Assembly (NCBI GenBank): GCA_026023565.1
Contig: JAPETS010000003.1
Coordinates: 558,001 to 622,000 of the forward strand
From: Cirrosporium novae-zelandiae
Lineage: Eukaryota
Direction of reading: 5' to 3'
DNA: 64,000 bases
Part shown: one piece after another, positions 1 through 11,811 of the stretch
Numbering within the stretch: the first letter of the stretch is position 1
Layout: each line of letters begins with the position of its first letter
Notes under the pieces: model-generated
The model's database searches: none
Seen by the model: only the letters and a program-made list of their open reading frames with translations
Told to the model about the DNA's origin: nothing
Position numbers and translations under genes: made by a program

Positions 1-26
1 AAGTCGGCCTAAATTGCTCCAACACC

Positions 27-1169
27 ATGTCTTTACCTCCAGGTCCGAGCGGGAAGAGGCGGTGCGATCAGTGCGTCCAAAAGCATACACGATGCGACAT
101 TCGCCCCGGCTTTTCCTGTGGAACCTGCGAAGATTTAAGACGTCCTGAATGTTCTCATGGCACATTCAAAACCGAGTTCAAGACAGAAGTAAAGCCAACA
201 AGCAATATGAAGGCTAACGTGGTTAAGCCCCCCATGAATCGGTCGTTTCGAGAAGATTCGATGGTATCCCAGGGTCAGTTCGAAGAGTATGTGCCTCCTC
301 ACACCCCATGCGCTTCCCTAAAGGCAAGTCGCAACTGGATAGTCGCCAAATTTATATTGCGGTTAACCCACGTGCTAATTATCACCAGCTTGGAATTTAA
401 CTTGGAAACTCGGCGGTTACATGTTGGCTACTGGCCTGACGGAACTGAAGCCACCTACCGGATCTATGCCGGAACACACCCTTCGCGCCCGGCGTCAGGC
501 TTCTATTACTACGCAAATACCTCGAAACAAGGATCAAGAGAAAACATCCGAGTCTGGGTACCTGCCATCCAAGAGCTGTTTGACCACACCATCGGAAGAG
601 AACGAGACCGCGAACGGAAACACAAGCAGGATCTAGCTGAAGTCTGGTCCACCTTTATGAAAATCTATGGGCTCGAAAACGAAACCATCCCCATAACCAA
701 CGGAAAAGCCCCCATATCATTTGAACCACCCTCGAAAAAGCGGAAGATGTCTGATGCTGATGCGCCCAACCCCTCCATTCGCGACGGCCGAAAGACCCAC
801 ATGATCGAGTCCCTCACCACGAGCGACGACGGAGACACCATCTCCATGAACGGAGAAGAAAACAACAACTACTGCTACCCCGGACCCCACCAAAACCCTT
901 TCGACACAGGACGCTCCACGAAATTCCGCCGCTCCCTCGGCATAACTAAGGGGCCATCCTCGGTCGACAAAACTGGCGGCCTCCAAAATGCCCACCTAAA
1001 ATTCGCAAAAGAGGTTCTCAGGCGCGCCCACCAGCTAGGACCCTCCGGCGAGATCTTCAAGGACCTCCTCGTCGACAACCTCGAAGAGCTACAATCACAA
1101 TACGAATCCGAATTCGCGCTGCGCTTCGAAACGGAACTGAGCAATTTCGCTCGGGAGCTTAATTCCTAA
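27..1169 (+). CDS. Zn(II)2Cys6-cluster-containing protein, remainder uncharacterised; probable in-frame intron 287..388
   Basis: N-terminal CX2CX6CX7CX2CX7C (CDQCVQKHTRCDIRPGFSCGTCEDLRRPEC); GTATGT donor at 287, GCTAAT branch ~374, CAG acceptor at 388; NLS-like PPSKKRK. Confidence 0.6.
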   Translation: MSLPPGPSGKRRCDQCVQKHTRCDIRPGFSCGTCEDLRRPECSHGTFKTEFKTEVKPTSNMKANVVKPPMNRSFREDSMVSQGQFEEYVPPHTPCASLKASRNWIVAKFILRLTHVLIITSLEFNLETRRLHVGYWPDGTEATYRIYAGTHPSRPASGFYYYANTSKQGSRENIRVWVPAIQELFDHTIGRERDRERKHKQDLAEVWSTFMKIYGLENETIPITNGKAPISFEPPSKKRKMSDADAPNPSIRDGRKTHMIESLTTSDDGDTISMNGEENNNYCYPGPHQNPFDTGRSTKFRRSLGITKGPSSVDKTGGLQNAHLKFAKEVLRRAHQLGPSGEIFKDLLVDNLEELQSQYESEFALRFETELSNFARELNS

Positions 1170-2963
1170 AAAAGGACAGATTTCCCTTCCACCCCCCCCT
1201 TTTACCCAACGCGGGGGTTAAATCAATACGTTTATATTGTGTGTGTGTTCGATAAACAAAACAAAACATGTTACATCCCGCCTTTTATATATATGCATGC
1301 TTGCGCTTGCCTTGTCTTGCTTTATGCCCTTTGTCTATCGAATCAAATATAACGGCGAAAACACACACACACGACCCATCCAGATCCAGATCAGCTTTAT
1401 CAGCTTTTTTTCTTTAAAAAAAAGAAAACGTGTGCGCCCGTCTATTCATGGATCAGACTTTCCAACTTTTTTTTCGCTTCGGAATCATTTATAGTGGTGG
1501 TGCTAAAAACTACTCCTACCTGTCCTTTAAATTACTGTGCAGATGCGTGATTCTTAGAGCTGCTAGAGGTATAACCCCCCCTTGCTCTTCTTCCCTCGGG
1601 CCTTTGCCCGATGGTTACAAACCCCCCTTCATATCTACAACCCACATCCACAAAAAAGCCTGACTAACCAATACCACCACAGCGACACCCCCCACCAACC
1701 CACCAACCAACCAACTGACTATATCTGCAACCCCACACGCAATGTACAACAACAACTCTAATCTACCACCACCACCATCCCATCCATATCCTTCCAAAAA
1801 GTCAAAAATCAAAGGGGCGGGGGATTCTATTTTCCAGGTCAGGAAGGATGATAGTATTATGATGGCGCTCTTGGTCGGCTGATGATGGACTTAACGATTT
1901 CAGCTTTTTTTTCTTTTATGGATTGCCCATTACACATGTATTATTATTATTAGTTATTACTTCTTAAACGGGTTGGAGGATGGATGGCTAGGCTACTATA
2001 TACCACAACACACCTACCTAGCTAGCCGAGTAGGGAGTGCGCCAGGGGCTAGGGGGCCATGGGCGGGGGATTGTCTAAAATGGTGATGGGGATGGCGGTG
2101 ATAGTAGTGGTTAGTGAACAAAAGTTTAGAATTTCTGCATTCTTTCTTTTCTTCTTTTTGTTTCTTTTTTTTCTAGAATCCAACGAACAGAAGAAATAAA
2201 TAAATTGCGTGTGTGTATAGTGGGTAAATAGGTCGATAAGTAGTTGAACCAAAATTAATATGGAAAATTAATCATCATCATCATTATCAAGCACAAAAAA
2301 ACAATAACCTTGCCAAGTACAGTAAATAAATAATATTACGAGCACCAAACCAAGCTTCTATCTATATCTATATCTATATCTATAACTAATCATCGTTAAA
2401 TTCCCCCGCTTTAACTTACTTAACAAGTAGTCTAAGTAGTCTAAGTAAGTGCCCAACATCCCTCTTCCCTTCGTCTAAAAGTCAAGATATTTAGTCTATT
2501 TATCCATTCATCTACAGCTTAGCATAACTTACATAAAATTCCTTAAACAAAAAAAAAAAAAGATTTTGACATTTCTTATTTCCTATTTCCTATTTCCAGG
2601 GAGGGAGCTAACTAAAATAAACTAAACTAAACTAAATCATTTGGGATTAACCTAGTAGGAGAAGGAGAAGGTCATTCGTGATAGGACATTAACATTTCGT
2701 TTGGTGCTTGCTTGGTTACTTTCGTGAGGGTTCGAAAGACACATACACACAAAAAAGCCTAAAAAGGAAAAAAAGAAAAGGGGAAAAAAGTCATCAGGTA
2801 TCGTCGAGGTGTGTGATATCGATTAATCAATCGATCAATCAATCGGACCATGGTTACGCTAACGCCAACAATTGCGTTTCATTCCTTCCACCCACTCACC
2901 CCCGACGCCATGCATACATGCCTGCCGCCAGCATCAAAATAAATGACATCACATCGCACCAAG

Positions 2964-5651
2964 CTAATATCTTTCAATCAACCACCTCCTCCTCTCCTCC
3001 TCGCCCAGGCTCTTCAGCTTCTCCTCGCTCAATCGTCTCATGCCCACATACTTCAACACCCAGTCCCCGCCCAAAATATCTATCAGCTCGCGGTCGCGCC
3101 CAAGCGCGCCCAAGGCCTCCTCAAACCGCTTCGGCATCGGACTCACAATCCCATATTTTGCTCTCTCTTCATCGGACAACATCGTGGGGATGGCAGCGCA
3201 GTCCTTCCAGGTCATTTTTGTTTTGTTGCGGAGGCCTAGCAGACCAGCGCCGATGATGGCGGAGAGCGCGAGGTAAACGTTTGCGAGGCCGTCTAAACAG
3301 CGGATTTCCCACCGGCCAGCGGTGATTTTTCGCAGAGGGGTTTCCCGGTTCTGCGTGCCCCAGGCAATCCATTCGCCGCCGGTCCAGAGGCCGCCCCCAA
3401 CGCGCGCGTACGACACCGAGCTAGGGAGAGTGAAAGCTACAATCGAGGTGAGATGTGAGAGGATGCCCGCGAAGAAGCTGGATTCTAGGGAGGGGTTGGA
3501 AAGAGATATGTGCGCGTGACAGGCCGTGCCGCCAGCGGTGGCGACCGGGCGCGGGTGAAGGGTTGCGCGAAGGGAGTGAGATTCTGCAATGTGGGTTATG
3601 GTTTGGCGGGCTTGGATGAGGGCGTCAATAGATTGGAGAGGAGGGAGCGGGGGGAGCACAAATTCATATTGGCCGGGTGCGGATTCTGCATGGAATTGTT
3701 CCACGGCGATACCTGTTTTGGTGAGGGCGGTTACGATTTCGTAGATGAAGGGGAGAGTGGCGCGCTGAGTGGCGGAGAGGGTCGACCAAGCATGGTTGGT
3801 GTCGAGAGGCATGAGCGTATCGGTAGGGAGAAAGACTACTTCAATTTCAAAGCCTACGAGAAAGCTGAGGTTGTATGTATTTAGGGCGGTATCAAGGACA
3901 TATTGCAAGGTGGTGCGTGGGCAGCCCGCCAAGGGTTCGCCGGCTAGAGTGCGCCAGTAGCAGAGGACGGTAGCAGAATTAGTGTGATCCCCGGCATTGG
4001 GGCGGAGTGATGATAGGTCAGGCTCTACTGACACTTGGCCGGTAGCACTTTCACCGGGTAGCAGAGTATCGTCGGCGAGGGTCCACATGTTTGCCTCGGA
4101 AATCCCAATCCGTTTTCCGGAGGTAATGAATTGGCGGAATTCGTTGACCATCATCATGCGCACCCGCAAAATGTTATTGTATTCAGGCCATTGAATCCAA
4201 ATGAAATTAACAGAAGGGTTGGTGGCCAGGAAGGTAGTTAGTTGGCGAGTGTTGTAAGTTTCTTTTCTTGGACGCTCTACAACGGGAAAGGATGGGCCCG
4301 CAGTAGGGAAGCGGAGTGGTGGTCGTTCAACAGAAAGGTTATAAAGAGCATTGGAGTTGTCGAACATAACACCAGTGACAATGTCAATGGCCTGGGCGAT
4401 TGAATAGTCTCCTCTAGAAATTCCGTTACTAAGGACCTATAGAAATTAGTCTTTGCTCTATAGTATATTTCTCAACAAGAACCTTACTTCTTCAAGGACC
4501 TGCCGAAATTGTTTGTTGGCAAGCCAGAATGTCTCTGGAAACCAATGTCCGTCCGTACTCCATAGCAATTTGTCCCAGGGAACGAGTTCCAGTGACTGGC
4601 GCATAACAGCCTCTTGCCCCTCTCGGCTCAGCATTGGGAAGACTTCGCCAAGGTCAAGGAAAACATTCTTATACATCGCGGCAAGATATCCGGCCTCTCT
4701 TGTATAAGGGTAGGCCGAGTGAAGGATAACAAATTGAACATTTGGGTGGTCTTCGATGGTTTGTTGAAGATTCGCAGGATCGGAGAGGAGCAAGTCGATG
4801 TCATTGTCACCTAAACCGGTATGGAATTGGATCGGTTTTGCCACGCCACGCTTCTCAGCCTCGTTAAGGAGGTTCAGCGTGCAGTTGACGAGATAATTGT
4901 TCAGGTTGTGGCTTTCGATTCGGTAATCTCCTGTTTTTAGGGCTTTAAGGAGATAGGTGTCGAAGTCTTTGGCGATATTTTCGGCATAGCCTGAGGAGAT
5001 GCGCAGGCCAGTTCGATAGCAAATAACCGACTTGAAAGCCGCCACCGAGCGATCTTTGATGGCCTTCTCAATTGCACCTTCAAAGTGATTTTCGAATTGT
5101 GAAAATAGATCATAGGGATCAGAGAGGTCAGCTGGAGATTTCTTGATGGTCATGCTGCGCGCAATGTTTTCTGCCTCTTTCTCGATCCGGACAACTCTGT
5201 AGACTGTTCCTGGAATAAACCTCTTGTGCCAGTCGTATCGTTGTACATTCTCGGTGTCCAGTCCATCGTCCATGAGAATGGTATGAATACCTTCGAAACA
5301 TTTTCGAGTGATGTTTTCAGAGTCCAGACTTAGGGAAGCTTTCCGGGACATTTTTATCGCCTCCCAATCTGCATCACAGTCAAAGAATTCGGCCAATTGC
5401 TTGACTGCTCGCACATGAGACAGAGAGAAACGGGTGTGGTCCAAAGCCTCGCCGTTGGCCTCAGTAGTGATAGACTCAAAAGGATGGGCAGACAAATGAG
5501 AGGGCCGGAGCAGATTGTGAGCATGGTTATCAATCATAGGACAATTTCGAACAAAGCTATAGAAATCATCCATGCTGCGATAGACCTTTTCGTTGCTTGG
5601 TGGGGAGGGCATCCTTGCGCCGCCCCGCCTTGCAGTTCCACGGCCAAACAT
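2964..5651 (-). CDS. fluG: FluG: amidohydrolase + glutamine-synthetase-I-like fusion; intron 4437..4487
   Basis: Amidohydrolase motifs IDNHAH, FKSVICYRTGL, QFHTGLGDND, WSTDGHWFPE; GSI-like motifs GFEIEVVF, HAESAPGQYE, HAHIS, QNRETPLR, RWEIRCLDG; a 51-nt GTAAG...ACTAAT...TAG intron joins ORFs 4458..5651 and 2964..4367 in frame. Confidence 0.93.
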
Positions 5652-6354
5652 GGCGAATAAATTGAAGTGGTATGTAGTAGTATGTAGTTATGTGCAGCAG
5701 CGAGAGGCCCTTGGAATATATCAACAATGGAACCAAGGGGTGGTGGTTGTCTTGGAAGGGTTTTAATATGGGTTGCGGTGAAGGAGAGGATAGGTTGTTT
5801 TTAGGTACAGTAAATAGATAATTGATTTGTACACCAAGAGGCGTTCAACGTCTCAATTGACCAAGATTTGAAAAAAGCAGATCAGCAGAGGGCAGCGTAG
5901 CGCAATTGAGAGAATGGATAAAAAGCCAATGGTGACTGTGGGTGGAGTAATAAGGTGGGAGGTTGTGTTAAGATAAAGTCTGATATCGGAAAGTTTCAGT
6001 TTAACTTTTACCGCCTTGGAGTGTATGTTGTGTATTTTACGTATTTTACCTTAGCTGGCCAATCACATGTCTTTTTGCCATCAAGGTTTCTCTCATTTCC
6101 CCTACTAACTTCCCCCCCGTGCTCCCCAGTACGCCAGTCATGCCAGTCATGCCAGTCATGCCAATTAACTTCCCTCTGTCTTGAACTCAACCAAGAACTC
6201 AACCAAGAAACTCTCCCACTTGTTCCTCGTCATCAGCACAGCTGAAGCTTGATTTTGGTTTGACGTCTTTCGCACAGACAATGGTTCCTTTGGCTTGTAT
6301 TTGGTTTGCTGATATTTTTCATTATGCTTTTGTCACTTTTCCCTAAACTCAGTC

Positions 6355-7743
6355 ATGTCAGATCCCGAGATCCTTGTTCATATTTCTGGACCAGACTCTG
6401 CAAAGGATGATGCTAGATACCGAAACCAGGCACAAGCCTACTTGGCCTTCGTACCTGGAAAACGAATCCCCATACTCAACCCCAGAAATCCCGCCAACCC
6501 ATCCCTAAAGGAGCTTGATGTGATACCGAATTCCATCCCTCGGCCTTCTACCCGGCCCCGAAATGCCTCCCACAAGCTCACCGAACCACCTCCAAAGCGG
6601 TCACGCACTGACTCGACCCCATCCAAAGCCAAACCCTTTCGAGAGGCTCAACCGAAGCAGATTATCTGGCAGGATCGACGAATTCCAAGACAATATACTC
6701 TCAATCAGAGAGCTGAAACGGATTCAACGTTCAGCTGTCTACGCGGCCCAAAGGAAGTACTGCAGAGGCGAAGTCAATCGGAGGGTTTTGAGCCCCCTTC
6801 AGCCATTGTGCCGAACTCTCAGCCTGAAGCTTTGGAAGTGGAAGTGCATACTATAACAAAGCCAGAAATTCTTGAAAAGAGTAAAACAGAGGGGAAATGG
6901 AGAGACGATGCTGGGGTACAGGTTGAAGTTGGTCTCCTTTCGAAGCATAAGACTAGGCATGAGTCTGGTACAGGTAGTTCTAGAGAGACTGAAATGAGTA
7001 CTACTGTGTCTATGCCACGATGGTCAACCAATGCCTGTAGCCACACTGAAAAATTAATTCCCCAAAATGTCCATTGTCAGCATGCGCGAAAAGATGACCA
7101 TGTTAACAAACCACTTCCCCAATCAAATATATCTCAGTTACATTCCAAGCGTCAGGAATCGACCTCTGAACCACAGCACAAGAACCAGATTCGAGATGAA
7201 AAAAAGAAGCAAAAGAAAGAAAGGTTTAACGCTTTGCTCACTGAACTACGTCATCAGAACTTCTGCGCTTCCGTCCACCCTCCTCCTCCAGAAACATCGT
7301 GCCAACACTTCAAGACTCACGTTACTCGCGCCCTTGCTTCGGTTGCCCAGCTAATGAAGATGGAGGAGCGATACAATCCAAGAATGATTGCGCGCCCCCT
7401 TCGACCACTTGAGCGTGGCCACTGGTCGATTGATCTATATATATCGGAAGCAACCGAGGAGCTCATTACCAAAGTTTGGATGTTCCTCTGGGACCTGATT
7501 AAACCAGGCGACGTGGGATGGGGTGTATGGGCTGAATTACAAGAGAGAAGCCCTACGCATCAAGCAGCTCGGCAGCAGCCTGGGAAGGATAAAACCGTTC
7601 ACCGGGTCCTCAATATCTATTGCTGGGGGGAAGTTGTTGGGCATATCTGGATGGTACTATGGCTTGCTTCTGAGAGAAAAGTCAGAGGACTTGAGGCCCG
7701 TTGGGTCGATGGTGGAGGAAAGACGGTTGTCCAGATGCGGTAA
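6355..7743 (+). CDS. Hypothetical fungal protein (short N-terminal motif, disordered linker, Trp-rich globular C-terminal domain)
   Basis: 462-aa ORF with ATG; ILVHISGP..DD.RY..QA.AYL N-terminus; C-terminal LERGHW...GWGVW...YCWGEVVGHIW block. Confidence 0.75.
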   Translation: MSDPEILVHISGPDSAKDDARYRNQAQAYLAFVPGKRIPILNPRNPANPSLKELDVIPNSIPRPSTRPRNASHKLTEPPPKRSRTDSTPSKAKPFREAQPKQIIWQDRRIPRQYTLNQRAETDSTFSCLRGPKEVLQRRSQSEGFEPPSAIVPNSQPEALEVEVHTITKPEILEKSKTEGKWRDDAGVQVEVGLLSKHKTRHESGTGSSRETEMSTTVSMPRWSTNACSHTEKLIPQNVHCQHARKDDHVNKPLPQSNISQLHSKRQESTSEPQHKNQIRDEKKKQKKERFNALLTELRHQNFCASVHPPPPETSCQHFKTHVTRALASVAQLMKMEERYNPRMIARPLRPLERGHWSIDLYISEATEELITKVWMFLWDLIKPGDVGWGVWAELQERSPTHQAARQQPGKDKTVHRVLNIYCWGEVVGHIWMVLWLASERKVRGLEARWVDGGGKTVVQMR

Positions 7744-8250
7744 GTATTTGCAATGCATTAAATGCTGTATTAGGTAGAAGTTCTGGTGATGTTTGTGGTT
7801 CTAGGCCTATAAAGGATTGTTATGCTAGGATGGAGGGGGTTTTGAAGAGGACGAGAGTTTTAGCAAGATAGGATATGAATTCTAGAACTGTTCTTGGATG
7901 GTTTCATGTGGGATACTGCACAGTAGACTAAAGCAAGGTGATATTAATACTAAAAGTAAGCCTCGTCGTCAGTGGATGGATAGAGAGACCAGCGGAGCGA
8001 TTAAAGGGAACATGGAAGGTCCTGGCGTCTGATTGCAGACAGCTTTGCCAACGCAACCATGCAACTCCCCGCATCCACCTCATCCAGCAATTCCCACCAC
8101 TACAACCTACCAGATCACCTCGATGCTTTGAAATTGTCCAGAGATGCATCCTCCAGCATATCAACTTGATGTTTTGCGTATGCATCATTAATCTTCAGAC
8201 CAATAGCGAACTTGTTGATGAGAAGACTATTCCAAACCTACCGAAACACA

Positions 8251-9597
8251 ATGCAGAACACCCGATTTGAGACTGGCACGACTGGTCCTATCCGTCAGAG
8301 ATCCAATGCCGCAAACTCCTCTCCAGAGACTCGAAATTCTATAAACAGTCCTCCAATGCCTTCCATTACCATTTCTCCACCGCCCCGAGGACGAAGCAAG
8401 CAACAATCCGATGTTGACCCCGACGTTACTCCTCCGAAGTCATCCTCCATCAATCCATCCAGCATCAACCCGTCACAACGCAATCATGGTGATGCTGATT
8501 TAAGCTTACGAGGTCATAGAGCTGCAGCTTTCCGCCAATTGGAAGGTCATTCTCCTACGTCAGATAATACTCGATATCATTCCCCCAAATCCGTTGCCGA
8601 TCGAACCAGCGTCTCCTCCCAACCTGTCATCGTACGCAGCTATACTCCAAGTCTCAAGTCGCCCCCAATGTCCAACCGCCGAGCCTCATCAGATTACGGA
8701 TCTGAGGAGCGATCGAAGATTGTCGTCAACATGCCTTCACCAGAAGCATTCAGTATCAAAGGGATTCTGGATGCCATCGAGCCCGATATTCGAGCGACGA
8801 TCGATGCGATTGCGGAGATATGCGGTAGAAGTAGGATGAGTTTGGCAAATGAATACGGGAGTCATCTTCCTCCCCAAGGAGAGATAATAGGTGCACATCG
8901 TTACGGTAACTTTACGAGTTTACGATCGCCAATGGATCATACACTTATGCCAGTTGAAGAAGCCACGTCGAGTACCGAAAGATTGGCTGGAGAAGCTGAT
9001 AATGGTGTACTGGAGCATGAAGTTCATGATGTTCCTAAGTTCCGAGCAAGGGCTGGTCCTGATGCATACAGGAGACTGGAACGCATCATGTCTTCGTCGT
9101 CAAAAGGTGATGACTCTAAACTACACAATGGTCGGGTTGTGAAGCATATGAACGGTGCATCACCTTCGACCAGCCATCAAGAGAAGGTCAGTGACCGTAC
9201 TTCGCTCTTGAGCATTCCATCTGCTCGAAGCCGTGATACTCAGATCCGGCTTCCCTGTTCCGTTGAAGCCTCGAAACCATCCACCGTCCAGATGGAAGAG
9301 GTAACCGGAAGGATGATTGCGGCCGAATATCTAGAATCACATCCTCCACAAGCCCAACCTGACACACCGCCTACCGCGGAGAGCCTAACAGCTTTATCGA
9401 GGTTGAGAGATATTCTACGGAGGCAGGAAAATATCCTAGTGGAGGAAGACTCCCACCATGGACCTACCAATTCGCAAGCTCCTTCTCATACACCTTCTCT
9501 GTCTCAATTACAACCAACTCCTAGATCTTCAAATTCCTTGGCTTCTGCCATCTCACAACTCATAGGTCACGTCTTCCACCAACAGAATCCGTCATAG
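8251..9597 (+). CDS. Hypothetical Ser/Pro-rich protein with a central conserved-looking helical block
   Basis: Long ORF (alternative start 8218); block FSIKGILDAIEPDIRATIDAIAEICGRSRMSLANEYGSHLPPQGEI within low-complexity sequence. Confidence 0.7.
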   Translation: MQNTRFETGTTGPIRQRSNAANSSPETRNSINSPPMPSITISPPPRGRSKQQSDVDPDVTPPKSSSINPSSINPSQRNHGDADLSLRGHRAAAFRQLEGHSPTSDNTRYHSPKSVADRTSVSSQPVIVRSYTPSLKSPPMSNRRASSDYGSEERSKIVVNMPSPEAFSIKGILDAIEPDIRATIDAIAEICGRSRMSLANEYGSHLPPQGEIIGAHRYGNFTSLRSPMDHTLMPVEEATSSTERLAGEADNGVLEHEVHDVPKFRARAGPDAYRRLERIMSSSSKGDDSKLHNGRVVKHMNGASPSTSHQEKVSDRTSLLSIPSARSRDTQIRLPCSVEASKPSTVQMEEVTGRMIAAEYLESHPPQAQPDTPPTAESLTALSRLRDILRRQENILVEEDSHHGPTNSQAPSHTPSLSQLQPTPRSSNSLASAISQLIGHVFHQQNPS

Positions 9598-10752
9598 CGA
9601 CACTTGGAAATAACCTTGCCTTTTTTTTATTTACATAAGAAAAGAATCAACGCTCAGACCCGGAACATAGCAGCAAAAGTTTTCTAAGTCTTTATTATTT
9701 GCAATATTTGTTAAGGATTATGATCCTTGAGCTATGTGCTACGCTGGAGCGAGCGATGCTACTAAAATATTATTGTTTTCCCTTGGCTTACCGTGTACGA
9801 GTGTGGCAGGTTAGCTTTGAATTATGGAGGTACCAGTCCGTTGAAAAAAGTCACGCGTGTTAAATTTACGATTATTTATTCGTTATGAGCGAATGATATT
9901 GATGATGTAAAAGCGAATCTGATAGGCATTTATACGCCAAGAGAACATTCGCTATCCTATTAGTTATTAAACGATGATTATTAGTATCTTTGGTGACATA
10001 CAAGTGATCTACAGCAAGCTTCTATACCTCAGTATCTCCCATGTCTTAATTACTACCTTGGTAGCAGTATTATTTGATCGGTAATAATGCCTCCAATTGG
10101 TGTATTATTACCCCGAAAACCCGAATCCCGGAAATATATTTTGGCCGCACAAATATTCTAAAATGAACAGCCATGCATGTTGAATCGTTCACTGAAGAGA
10201 AAAACTCCAAGCTTTCAATAATAAAGTTGTGTATAATGGCAGCAAGAGAATCACACCTCGCATGCATTCATTCAAAGTACCTAACCAGTAAAAGTCTCCA
10301 GGTCCTCCCCCACCTCCGCATTGTGTCATGTGGGGGATGTGCCGTTCCCGTTTGGCTTCCCCGCCACCTACTGTACACAAATCCCCCGGTTGAGCAACCA
10401 AACAGGGTCAAATGGCGGAATTTGAGAGAGTTGGTCCCCAGAAAATGCTAGAGTAGCATCAATTCACTTGTTAGGTGATGATCTAATCGCATTTTGGCAA
10501 GCATTTTGAGTCACTATTCTTCAAGTCTCCTGACTGTTATGAAGCGAGGTTGATGGATCAAACCATTACAAACTTCATCACGGTCCTCAAGGCTCTTGAT
10601 GGCCAGCCAGCGCAGTAATAATTTTGAAGTATGTCCGACATCGAGCAACACCTCTTGAGACATGATATTCTGAACGGTACTCATTCAAAGACTTATCCAG
10701 CTTCTTGTCCTATCTATTCAGTGTATCAGTTCATGATCACCAGGCTCACATC

Positions 10753-11811
10753 ATGAGGGCTCGATGCTTCCTATATATCATGTTTGTCGGCCCTCTTTGG
10801 GCAGCACCTCTTCCCACCTATGGCCTCCAAAGATATGAAGTACAAAATATGTTAGATCAGTGCGTCTAAATAAGAATTTTTTAAGCTTCTAAACACACTA
10901 ACTAGATGAATCATATACCCACAGATGGTCTTCGGAAAGACTTGTATTCTTTCTCGACGCTCGAGGTGTTGCAATTCCCTCTTCAGCCTCGTCAATCGGC
11001 TCTCTTATCAAGGTTGACTAGAGTCTAAAGGCCATCCCAAAAGATAATTACTGATACACATAGCGCTCAATATATGACCAAGAGTATTTTCCATCGCCAG
11101 AGAGCCAGCCATCTACGAGTGCCCTAGAAATATACCTCACTGATCGGAATATCTCTTTCCCGTTACCAGAGAAGGAAGTTCTGGTTGACGCAGTACTAGC
11201 CCACTCAAACGACTCCATAAAGGTCTCACATCAGCCTTTCTCCGTGCTTCCAGTCCTGACATTCGATCAACTCTACTACTTTTGTAACAGTCTTCGTGGG
11301 CTTGACATCCCGTACACGGTGACAGGTAGTTACGTTGGACGCCCTGTTAAACCACTAACAAAGCACCGAGCCCTTGCTACGGCCGGTAAATGGGATGTCG
11401 AGTCTTGGCTTGTTCTAAGTAGCGATTCAACATCAGCGCAGGAGACGTTCAATAAGCAAATTGCACAGACGCTAGGACAGCAACCAGCGGATGATTATGA
11501 TCACGTTCATCATCACGATGCAGACTTCACGTACTCGCTCCCTATCTCCTCTCTAGTCTTCCTGTTCATTATATTCTCCCGGTCAGCTAATACGACTTAG
11601 TTTCATCTTGGAACAATTCGGAATAGATGGTCATCACATATCGGCGTCACACAGAGCTTCGCTTGCCCTTAATACAACAGACTTTTTCGCAAAGGGGACA
11701 CAGTCAAAATTCGCAACAGCTTTACTCGGTGATACCGAAATCAACGCCTTCATTTCGAAAAAGAAAGAAGCGAGGAGGATGGCTGATACAAGGAGGGTAG
11801 GTAAGTGTTAA
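10753..11811 (+). CDS. Multi-exon signal-peptide protein with divergent Ish1-like repeats (exon structure only partly resolved)
   Basis: ATG 10753 gives MRARCFLYIMFVGPLWAAPLP; intron 10860..10924 leads to QWSSERLVFFLDARGVAIPSSAS; later segments STSALEIYLTDRNISFPLPEKEVLVDAV and LTFDQLYYFCNSLRGLDIPY. Confidence 0.45.

Noticed and set aside
2708..3884. + strand ORFs overlapping the fluG 3' end
   Set aside because: Antisense shadows and microsatellite-derived sequence
10173..10700. Possible decayed ORF upstream of the Ish1-like gene
   Set aside because: Coding-like only over short stretches and no recognisable family
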